A DNA stretch of 38,721 nucleotides from sequence record SRR20825006_2882; one strand, written 5' to 3'. Shown here piece by piece: positions 1-7,873 of this stretch; within the stretch, counting starts at the first letter, position 1, and each line of letters opens with the position of its first letter. The notes below the pieces were generated by a model that saw nothing but the letters and a program-made list of their open reading frames with translations, was not told the DNA's origin and searched no databases. A program made the translations under genes and the position numbers.

Positions 1-1287
1 AGCGGGCATGCCCGCTCCCCTCGCCGCATCGAGGACGACGTTTGCCCACTCACCGATAAGAAACAATCCATCGAGGTTGCTCGTGGCGAGCAGCGCGCCG
101 AGCTCATGGTGCGCGCCTTCAGCGCGCACGCCGAGGTCGAGCATATCCCCCAGGATGGCGATCTTGCGTTGCGCGCCTGCGTGCTGGCGAAGGGTTGTCA
201 GCGCCGCTCTGGCGCTGACTGGATCTGCATTGTAGGCGTCGTTGATCAGCGTGATGCCCGAAGGCGTGGTGTGAATCTCGAGGCGCATCGGCGCGACCTC
301 GTGGATCGCCAGGCCGCGTTGGATCTCTTCTACCGAGACGCCCAGTTCCCACGCCGCGGTGATTGTCGCGGCGGCGTTTGTGAGGTTGTGTTCGCCAGGG
401 GCGTGGAGCTCGAATGCGTGTGATTGCCCATCGGGGAAGGTGGCCTGAAAATGCCATCTCCCCTCTGTAAAATGCGCTCCCCATAGACGAACGCCTTCTT
501 CATCGGCGTGGGCATCCTCTCGATCGGTGTGCACAGAAAACATGCGGCGAGGCGGGAGGTGTGTCGGGTCGCTCTCGCCGAGGGTGTGGTCCTGAGATGG
601 CCACACCAACCATTGCATCTGCTCGCCAGCGAAGAGCTGTAACTTCTCGTTGGCGGTGTTCTCCAACGTCCCGAGCCCTGCGGCGTGCGCCATTCCGATG
701 TTGCTGATGATGCCGAAGTCCGGGCGGATCATCGCTTCGAGGCGTTGCATTTCGCCAACCTCGCTGATGCCCGCTTCGATGATGGCGATCTCGTGTTCGG
801 GGCGAAGGCCCAGCAGCGAGAGCGCTACGCCGACCTGCGAGTTGTAGCTCCCAGGGCTTCGATGCAACGTGAACCGGCGCGAGAGCACCGCGGCGAGCAT
901 CTCCTTGATGATCGTCTTTCCGTTGGAGCCCGTGATGCCGATCACGCGCGTGCCGAGCCGTGCTCGCCATGCGCTGGCGATCCGCTGGAGCGCTTCGAGA
1001 GTGTCGTCGACGCGTATCACTGGCAGGTCGCTTGGAACCTGCCGCCCTCGCTCGACGAGGGCGGCCACGACGCCGCGTGCTTTGGCCTCGGCGAGGAACG
1101 CGTGGCCATCGAACCTCTCGCCGCGCAAGGCGACGAAAAGAGTGGGGAGGCTCGCGTGGATAAACGTGCGTGAGTCGAGGACGACATCCTCGATCGAGAT
1201 GGCTGCGGATGCAATGGTGTCAGAAGACTCGAGCGTGCCCTGGCACGCGCGCGCCATCCAACCGAGCGTCAACCTCGGCTCAATCAC
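1..1287 (-). CDS. murF: MurF-like Mur ligase, 3' end outside window; motifs resemble the N-terminal part of bifunctional MurF/alanine racemase proteins
   Basis: Not in the ORF track because it has no stop in the window. Manual translation from GTG 1287 is open to base 1: DSR..LFVALRGERFDGHAF, GITGSNGKTIIKEML (P-loop), RSPGSYNSQVGVALSL, IIEAGISEVGEM, ISNIGMAH, MRLE..LINDAYNADP, KIAILGDMLDLG. The start overlaps the thiD stop by 8 nt. Confidence 0.88.
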   Translation of the reverse strand, partial: MIEPRLTLGWMARACQGTLESSDTIASAAISIEDVVLDSRTFIHASLPTLFVALRGERFDGHAFLAEAKARGVVAALVERGRQVPSDLPVIRVDDTLEALQRIASAWRARLGTRVIGITGSNGKTIIKEMLAAVLSRRFTLHRSPGSYNSQVGVALSLLGLRPEHEIAIIEAGISEVGEMQRLEAMIRPDFGIISNIGMAHAAGLGTLENTANEKLQLFAGEQMQWLVWPSQDHTLGESDPTHLPPRRMFSVHTDREDAHADEEGVRLWGAHFTEGRWHFQATFPDGQSHAFELHAPGEHNLTNAAATITAAWELGVSVEEIQRGLAIHEVAPMRLEIHTTPSGITLINDAYNADPVSARAALTTLRQHAGAQRKIAILGDMLDLGVRAEGAHHELGALLATSNLDGLFLIGEWANVVLDAARGAGMPA

Positions 1288-2125
1288 CCCAGAGCTCGTG
1301 CAGTGGATGGACTGGAGAGATGCCCTCTCCGATCTTTGGCGCGGTCTCGATGGCGCGCGAGATGAACTCGCGCGTGCGCTCGATCGCTTCGAGGAGTTCG
1401 TCCCCATGAGCCAAGCGCGCTGTGATCGATGCAGACATCACACAGCCTGAACCATGGAGGTGCTTGCGGTCGATGCGGTCAGCCCCAAACTCGACAAACC
1501 CCGTGCCGTCATAGAAGAAGTCGCGCACGATGCGATCGAGGTGGCTCCCCTTGATAAGGACGTTCTTGGCGCCCATGTCGAAGATGCGTTTGGCGGCGTC
1601 CTTTATGGAGTTGATGCCTTCGACCGAGCGTCCGGTGAGCGCCTCTGCCTCGTGCCGGTTTGGCGTGAGCAGCAGGGCGTGTTCGATCAGGTTGTTGGCC
1701 ATAAACCGCTGCGCCGATTCTGCCATCAATGGCTCGCCATGCTTGCTCACCATCACAGGATCGATCACCAGGTTGTCGATGGGATGATCCTGGAGCAGCT
1801 CGATGACTGTGCCGATCATTGCCTCGCTCCCGAGCGCGCCAGTCTTGGCGGCGACAGGAGGCAAATCACTCCAGATCGAGTTGAACTGCGCGCGCACGAC
1901 CTCGGTCGGCAGCATATGGACATGTTGGACGCCAACGGTGTTTTGCGCCGTGACCAGCGTCAAGACGCTGGTGCCGTGAACGCGGTGCGCGGCAAACGTC
2001 TTCAGGTCCGCCTGCGCGCCTGCACCGCCGCCGCTATCAGAGCCAGCGATGGTGAGCGCCAGAGGTGGGGTAGGGTGGGCTTTTTGGGGAGGGATGCCGA
2101 GCATCTCCTCGAGAAAGCTGCTCAT
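1280..2125 (-). CDS. thiD: Hydroxymethylpyrimidine/phosphomethylpyrimidine kinase
   Basis: ALTIAGSDSGGGAGAQADLKTF, VTAQNT, KTGAL, VIDPVMVSK, LLTPNRHEA, HGSGC motifs. Confidence 0.95.
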   Translation of the reverse strand: MSSFLEEMLGIPPQKAHPTPPLALTIAGSDSGGGAGAQADLKTFAAHRVHGTSVLTLVTAQNTVGVQHVHMLPTEVVRAQFNSIWSDLPPVAAKTGALGSEAMIGTVIELLQDHPIDNLVIDPVMVSKHGEPLMAESAQRFMANNLIEHALLLTPNRHEAEALTGRSVEGINSIKDAAKRIFDMGAKNVLIKGSHLDRIVRDFFYDGTGFVEFGADRIDRKHLHGSGCVMSASITARLAHGDELLEAIERTREFISRAIETAPKIGEGISPVHPLHELWGD

Positions 2126-2128
2126 GGA

Positions 2129-2950
2129 CTATTCCGAGTCGGAGGGCTCTTCCTGGACTTGCTCGCCGGTCAGGCCAAAACGCCGCTCGCGCGAGCCAAA
2201 CGAGTTAAACGCGGTGACGAGCTGTGCCTCGTCGAAGTCTGGCCAGAGCACATCGGTGACGTAAATCTCCGAGTAGGCCAGCTGCCAGAGCAGGAAGTTC
2301 GAGATGCGAACCTCACCGCTGGTGCGAATCATGAGGTCGGGATCGGGGCATCCGGTCGTGTAGAGGAACCGCTCGAAGTCATCCTCGGTGATAGCGTCCG
2401 GGTCGATCTTTCCTTCCTTGGCGGCGCGCGCGAGCTCGCGGCTCGCCCGCAAAATCTCCTCGCGTCCGCCATAACTGACGGCGACCTGGAGGTACATCTT
2501 TGGATCTTGTGAGGTCGCCTCTTCGAGCGCCGCGATCGAGCGCTGGAGCTTTGGCGAGAGCTTGCTGCGATCTCCAATGACTTTGAGGCCGACCTGGTTT
2601 TGAATCAGGCGCTTGCGCTCGCGGCGAATGTAGATATCGAACAGCGTCATCAGACCAGAGACCTCATCTCTGGGGCGGCTCCAGTTCTGGGCGCTGAACG
2701 CGTAGAGGGTGAGCACCTCGACGCCAAAGTAACGGCAAGACTCGACCACGCGACGCACGGCGTGTGCGCCCTCGTGGTGGCCGCGAATGCGTTTCATCCC
2801 TCGCGACTTTGCCCAACGCCCGTTACCGTCCATGATGATGGCCACGTGCTTCGGGATCGGCCCGGTGTAGGACGCGAGGATCTCTTCGTTCACCGAAAGA
2901 TCGAGCGATTCGTTCTCGCTCGCTGTGCTGTCATTGACCTGTGCTGCCAT
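2129..2950 (-). CDS. uppS: Undecaprenyl diphosphate synthase (cis-prenyltransferase)
   Basis: PKHVAIIMDGNGRWA, LYAFSAQNWSRP, YGGREEI, PDPDLMIRTSGEVRISNFLLWQLAYSE, RERRFG. Start moved to ATG 2950 (MAAQV) from the ORF-track start at 2995. Confidence 0.96.
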   Translation of the reverse strand: MAAQVNDSTASENESLDLSVNEEILASYTGPIPKHVAIIMDGNGRWAKSRGMKRIRGHHEGAHAVRRVVESCRYFGVEVLTLYAFSAQNWSRPRDEVSGLMTLFDIYIRRERKRLIQNQVGLKVIGDRSKLSPKLQRSIAALEEATSQDPKMYLQVAVSYGGREEILRASRELARAAKEGKIDPDAITEDDFERFLYTTGCPDPDLMIRTSGEVRISNFLLWQLAYSEIYVTDVLWPDFDEAQLVTAFNSFGSRERRFGLTGEQVQEEPSDSE

Positions 2951-3191
2951 CTCGCGTCTGCTCCCTGTGGGGCCATCTTCCCTGCTCCCGCGCATCGTGC
3001 CATCGCATCAGAAATTCGCGCGGAGTCAGGTGTTGTGTTTTCATCTCGACAAGGTGTGTCTATCACTACCTTGAACGTCAGGCGAGGGAGCACCCGAGAG
3101 GTCCTGCTCTCGCCGCAGACATTTCTCTATTTAAAGAAATGTCCTTTGACTGGGCACCATAATCTGTTTGTCGATCCATTGCGAGGCAACC

Positions 3192-4301
3192 TTGATCCTA
3201 CGAACGGAAGAATATCGAGCACGACTGGTCGAGCAGCGCGCAGAGTGGTCGACCCACCGCGGCGCCGAGATCGTCGACCGCTTTGGCGATCCGCTAAACG
3301 AGTACTGGGCAGTGCGCGATGGCGGACTCGGACTGGCCGATAGAAGCGAGCGCGCCACGGTCGTGATCCAGGGGAAGGACACGATCAACTGGCTCCAGGG
3401 TTTGGTCACCAATGACCTGATGGAGCTCGAGAAACCTGGCAGCGGGCAGCGCTCCATGGCCGTCAATCAGATCGGGCGCGCCATCACTGATATGGTGTTG
3501 CTGCATGTGCCCGAGATGTTGTTGATGGACCTCGAGCCGGGTGTCCCGGAGGTGCTCCTCCCGCACCTGCGTCACCATATTATTATGGAGAATGTCAGGG
3601 CCGAAGATCGCTCCGAGCAGACGGCGAGGATGACCTTGCTCGGCGCGCGCTCGCCGCAGCTTTTGAACAAGGTTGCCTTCCTGCAACACCGCGTCGACAA
3701 GCTGACGGAAGACCTCCAGGGATCCTGGGGCGAGATCGCGGGCAGGGATGTCGTCGTGCAGCGCACGCCCTGGATCGGGGAGCCCGCTTTCGATATCTCG
3801 TGCGCGAGAGAGGACGCGCATCTTATCTGGGACGAGCTGATGGGGGCATCGGATATGCTCCGCCCGGTGGGACACCAGGCGTTGGAGATCATGCGCCAGG
3901 AGGCTGGATACGTGCGCTTTGGCGTCGACTTCACCGAGAAGAACATCCCCGTCGAAGCCGACCTCAATCACACCATCAACTACGATAAAGGATGTTATCT
4001 GGGGCAGGAGATCATTCACCGCCTCGACACGCGCGGGACGCCAGCGAAGATGCTCCGCGTATTGGTCCCCGAGCAACCTGATGACAGCGTCGAGGCAGGT
4101 CAGGCGATCGAGGATGACAATGGCAAGAAGGTCGGTGAGGTGCAGCAGATCTTTGTCTCGCCGCAGCTCGATGACCAGCTCTTCGCGTTGGCTTACCTCA
4201 AGCGAGGCGCCTATACGCCCGGCGCGAGGGTCTTTGCTGCGGGGCATCCTGTCAGCGTCGCGCCGCTCGGTGCGCCGTTGCAAATGAGTCAGGCGAAATG
4301 A
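3192..4301 (+). CDS. ygfZ: Folate-binding YgfZ/GcvT-fold protein (Fe-S cluster maturation/repair)
   Basis: YgfZ signature KGCYLGQEII and WLQGLVTND. Probable TTG start at 3192 after GAGG; the ORF track starts at 3168. Confidence 0.85.
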   Translation: MILRTEEYRARLVEQRAEWSTHRGAEIVDRFGDPLNEYWAVRDGGLGLADRSERATVVIQGKDTINWLQGLVTNDLMELEKPGSGQRSMAVNQIGRAITDMVLLHVPEMLLMDLEPGVPEVLLPHLRHHIIMENVRAEDRSEQTARMTLLGARSPQLLNKVAFLQHRVDKLTEDLQGSWGEIAGRDVVVQRTPWIGEPAFDISCAREDAHLIWDELMGASDMLRPVGHQALEIMRQEAGYVRFGVDFTEKNIPVEADLNHTINYDKGCYLGQEIIHRLDTRGTPAKMLRVLVPEQPDDSVEAGQAIEDDNGKKVGEVQQIFVSPQLDDQLFALAYLKRGAYTPGARVFAAGHPVSVAPLGAPLQMSQAK

Positions 4302-4494
4302 CCCAGAGAGATGCATCATGCGCAGACCATGCGGCTCGGGCTTGTCATCGAGGTCCGAAAGCACTACATTCGCGGCCAGAGCGTCGATGATTCGACCTCG
4401 AGCAATCGCCACGCACCGTGACCCACGAAGAAGGTGTCGGATCGATACCTTCGACTGGCGGCATGCCCTGTCGCCGCAGCCCTGACAAGGAGCC

Positions 4495-5460
4495 ATGACC
4501 AGCCTCTACGACCGTCGTATGGTGCTCTTTTCGGGCAAAGGTGGTGTTGGGAAGACGACGCTCGCCAGCGCCTTTGCGCTAAGCTGTGCCCGGAAAGGCC
4601 AGCGCACCCTCCTTATCGAACTCAACGTCAAGGATCGCCTCAACGCCATCTTCGGCTCTGTCGAGGTTGGCCCCGAGATCGTCGAGATCGAGCAAAACCT
4701 CTTCGCCGTCAACATCTCTCCGCGCGTCGCGATGGAGGAGTACGGGTTGATGAAACTGCGCGTCAAGGTCGTCTACAAGGCGGTCTTCGAGAATCGCGTG
4801 GTGCAGTCCTTCTTGCGCGTGGTGCCAGGTCTGAACGACCTGTTGATGCTCGGCAAGTCGCACTTCCACGCGATGGAGGTCGACAGCTCGGGCAAGTTCA
4901 TCTGGGACAAGATCGTCATCGACGCGCCCGCGACAGGTCACGGGATCTTCTTCTTGAAGATCCCCAGCGTGATCACCTCCATCCTCGAATCGGGCCCGAT
5001 GTTCTCGGACGCCAAGAAGATCGAGGAGTTCTTGCGTGATCCCAAGATGACGGCGATCAACCTCGTGACGCTCCCCGAAGAGATGCCTGTCAACGAGACG
5101 CTCGAGCTGCGGCAGACGCTCGTCGACGAGCTGAAGATGCCGATCGGGATGATCGTGGCGAACTCGGTGTATGAACCTGTCTTCGATGAGCAGGAGTTAC
5201 AATGGGTGCTCGACGCCGACCCCGATAAGTTCGAGGACACGCAAACGCAAGGGTTCGTGGACGCGGCGAAGTTTCGCGCGCAACGCGTCGAGATGCAGGC
5301 CGAGTACCTCGAGCGGCTCGAGAACACCTTGAGCGAACCGTTTGTCCGCGTGCCTTATTACTTCACCGAGCGCTTCGACTTTCAGACCATCGCCAAGATC
5401 GCCGACGAGATCGACGAACAGCTCGGCGAGGAGAGCGGTTCTCAACGTTCCGCGGGTTGA
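4495..5460 (+). CDS. ArsA/Get3-family ATPase, subunit 1
   Basis: Deviant Walker A FSGKGGVGKTT, VPGLNDL, IVIDAPATGH, VTLPEEMPVNET. Confidence 0.9.
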   Translation: MTSLYDRRMVLFSGKGGVGKTTLASAFALSCARKGQRTLLIELNVKDRLNAIFGSVEVGPEIVEIEQNLFAVNISPRVAMEEYGLMKLRVKVVYKAVFENRVVQSFLRVVPGLNDLLMLGKSHFHAMEVDSSGKFIWDKIVIDAPATGHGIFFLKIPSVITSILESGPMFSDAKKIEEFLRDPKMTAINLVTLPEEMPVNETLELRQTLVDELKMPIGMIVANSVYEPVFDEQELQWVLDADPDKFEDTQTQGFVDAAKFRAQRVEMQAEYLERLENTLSEPFVRVPYYFTERFDFQTIAKIADEIDEQLGEESGSQRSAG

Positions 5461-5489
5461 TCCGGTAGCACTTTTCGAGCGAGACGATC

Positions 5490-6653
5490 ATGGCTTCCAC
5501 AGATGCAAGCAACCAGTTCGCCGACCTTATCTCGCGCCGTGAGGTCGTGGTGTGCGTCGGCTCTGGCGGGGTCGGCAAGACGACCACGAGCGCCGTGATC
5601 GCGTTGCACGCCGCGCTCGAAGGGCGCAAGGCGCTCGTGCTCACGATCGATCCTGCCAAGCGCCTTGCAAACTCGCTCGGCGTGGACGCGCTCGATAACG
5701 AGCCCACGCGCATCCCCATCGACCGCTTCGAAGAGGTCGGGCTCGAACCCAAGGGCGAGCTCTGGGCGATGATGTTGGACATGAAGAAGTCCTTCGATCA
5801 CCTGGTCGACAGGCACGCGCCAGACGAAAAGTCGCGTCAGGCGATCCTCAACAACAAGCTCTATCAGTACTTCTCGACAAGCCTCGCGGGGACACAGGAA
5901 TACGCCGCCGCCGAGCGACTTTACGAGATCTACACCAACGGCGAGTACGACCTGATCGTGCTCGATACGCCGCCGACAAGTCACGCGCTCGATTTCCTGG
6001 AGGCGCCCAACAGGCTCGTCGACGCGATCAACTCGCGCGCGATGCAGTTCCTCTACAGGCCAACCTCGGGCCTGCTCAGCGTGGGCACCAACTACGTGAT
6101 CAAGACGCTCTCGCGCTTCACTGGCGGCGAGATGCTCTCCGAGCTCGGCACCTTCCTCAAGGCGTTCTCGACGCTGTTCGCGGGATTTCAGGAGCGCGCG
6201 GGCAAGGTGCGCGAGCTGATGACCAGCGACGTGACCACGTTCACCGTGATCACGGCGCCGACGGCGGGGAACATCGACGAGGCGATTTACTTCCACAAGA
6301 AGCTCGGCGCAGATCACGCGCGCGTCGGTGGTTTTGTCACCAACCGCGTGCACCCTGCCTGGGTGCCGCGCGCCGAGTTGAGCCGTCCTTCCGGGCAGCT
6401 CTCTCGCGAGTTGTCAGGATTGAGCCAGGCGTATGACGCGCTCGATCGCGACGCTCAGAAAGAGTTCGCGCGTAAAATCCGCAGCAACGCTACAGACTTT
6501 CAGGTCCTGGCGGACCTCGACGCAGAGGCAATAGAGCTGCTCCGCGATACCATCCCGCGCAAGATCCCGATCTTGCGCGTGCCTTACTTCGCGCACGATA
6601 TCCACAGCCTCGCTGGCCTGGATCACGTGCGACGTTCACTGTTTGTCGCCTGA
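5490..6653 (+). CDS. ArsA/Get3-family ATPase, subunit 2
   Basis: VCVGSGGVGKTT, LTIDPAKRLA, LAGTQEYAAAE, LIVLDTPPTSHALDFL; 29 nt downstream of subunit 1. Confidence 0.9.
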   Translation: MASTDASNQFADLISRREVVVCVGSGGVGKTTTSAVIALHAALEGRKALVLTIDPAKRLANSLGVDALDNEPTRIPIDRFEEVGLEPKGELWAMMLDMKKSFDHLVDRHAPDEKSRQAILNNKLYQYFSTSLAGTQEYAAAERLYEIYTNGEYDLIVLDTPPTSHALDFLEAPNRLVDAINSRAMQFLYRPTSGLLSVGTNYVIKTLSRFTGGEMLSELGTFLKAFSTLFAGFQERAGKVRELMTSDVTTFTVITAPTAGNIDEAIYFHKKLGADHARVGGFVTNRVHPAWVPRAELSRPSGQLSRELSGLSQAYDALDRDAQKEFARKIRSNATDFQVLADLDAEAIELLRDTIPRKIPILRVPYFAHDIHSLAGLDHVRRSLFVA

Positions 6654-6690
6654 AAAATCAGACGACAAACAGCGAATCGAAGAGGCAGAA

Positions 6691-6972
6691 TCACTCCTGC
6701 AATGTCCAGCTGAATTCGCTCTCGTCGCTCGTGATCGTGGCCGTGCCCTGGGCACGATCCAACTGCAACGTGAGTTGCTCGGTTTCGAGCTCTGGTGCGC
6801 CAGTCCACTCATACGAGTAGGTCGAGGATGCCGGAGACACGTAGGTCCCTGACTCCAGGGACACCGGGGTTGGTGTGGGGCAGTTGAGGTGGAGGCCGCA
6901 AGCGCTCACGACGAGGGAGAGCGCGGCGCCAATGATAAAGAACAGCGTGGTTTTGAGGTGTTTCACGGTCAT
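6691..6972 (-). CDS. Small putative lipoprotein (93 aa), unknown function
   Basis: Basic N-terminus, hydrophobic stretch and lipobox-like VSAC. ATG overlaps the upstream stop (TAATG) and follows AGGAGGTGAG. Confidence 0.75.
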   Translation of the reverse strand: MTVKHLKTTLFFIIGAALSLVVSACGLHLNCPTPTPVSLESGTYVSPASSTYSYEWTGAPELETEQLTLQLDRAQGTATITSDESEFSWTLQE

Positions 6973-7223
6973 TACTCACCTCCTGTCGGCGCGCCCTTCT
7001 GGAAGGTGCGCTCCACCGAGCCTGAGCCAGAGTTGCATCTGATAAAAAGGCTCACTTCGTCGATGGCGATGACATCGCACGCGTCGCCATTTGTGTCTGT
7101 GACGGACATGACCTCGGGGTCGGTGTCTGCACAATCTGCGGATGCGTTCGCGGCTACAAAGCTCACCGCGCCAAACAAAATCCCTGCCGCCAACGCGAGC
7201 AGGGATGTCTTCTCCAGTTTCAT
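6972..7223 (-). CDS. Small secreted Cys-containing protein (83 aa), unknown function
   Basis: MKLEKTSLLALAAGILFGAVSFVAANASA|DC is a Sec signal with an AxA cleavage site. RBS AGGAGG lies 6 nt before ATG 7223. The mature part has 3 Cys. Confidence 0.75.
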   Translation of the reverse strand: MKLEKTSLLALAAGILFGAVSFVAANASADCADTDPEVMSVTDTNGDACDVIAIDEVSLFIRCNSGSGSVERTFQKGAPTGGE

Positions 7224-7296
7224 CGTAAACCTCCTGTAAACAACATACATAAAGGTGAGAACCACCCATGAAAATGGTGGCATCACCTCATTCATC

Positions 7297-7487
7297 CTAA
7301 CGAGATCGCGAGCGTGATTGAAGCTTTTCTTTCAGGCTGGCGGCGTAGTCACTCTCGCTGCTCTTGATCACGACGGCTTTGCCCGCGCGGTCGACCTCGA
7401 TGACCAGCCGTTCGCGGCGGTGAAGCTCACCGCGCCAAACAACATACCTACGAGAAGCGTCAGTAAGGACGCTCGATCCAACTTCAT
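7297..7487 (-). pseudogene. Deleted, out-of-frame fusion relic of a paralogous copy of the 7223-6691 two-gene module
   Basis: ATG 7487 with GGAGG RBS gives MKLDRASLLTLLVGMLFGAVSFTAAN, a paralog of the 7223 signal peptide (20 nt identical, 7423-7442 vs 7159-7178). After ~7408 another frame reads LVIEVDRAGKAVVIKSSESDYAASLKE, colinear with the lipoprotein C-terminus LTLQLDRAQGTATITSDESEFSWTLQE. Confidence 0.75.
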
Positions 7488-7610
7488 CGTGAACCTCCAT
7501 CTGTGGTGATGCCACCCAGGGTAATCGGTCGTGCTGTGAATAACGATCCTGAAAACCCCTGCCAGCTCTCGTTGTTCCTTGTTTTCGTGCTCACGCCAAC
7601 GCTGGCGCGA

Positions 7611-7691
7611 GGACCGTTTGGGGGTGACTTTTTTGCCGCCAAGCGTCGGTCGAAAAAACCGGGTATCAAAAAAGTCACCCCCAAACGGTCC
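7611..7691. repeat. Perfect 25-bp inverted repeat with 31-nt spacer
   Basis: GGACCGTTTGGGGGTGACTTTTTTG (7611-7635) is the exact reverse complement of CAAAAAAGTCACCCCCAAACGGTCC (7667-7691). Confidence 0.95.
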
Positions 7692-7873
7692 GAGCCGATG
7701 CGACCCGCTGTGCAGGCCAGGATTCGTATGCTCGATGTGCGGCGAGTGGAGGAAACCCGTGTTGTCTCTCGCCGATCTTGGCGGTACAAGAGCCCTTTCC
7801 TCTGGCCGGGGATATCGAGTCCCCGGCACGGAGCGTAGGAAAGAGAACCGCTTAGACAAAGAGAAGGGCAAGG

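Noticed and set aside
3192-4301. Glycine cleavage T protein gcvT
   Set aside because: The protein carries the YgfZ KGCYxGQE signature, and no gcvH/gcvP is nearby.
4495-6653. Arsenite-efflux arsA
   Set aside because: The genes encode two single-domain proteins with no ars operon context and no evident metalloid-binding Cys/His cluster.
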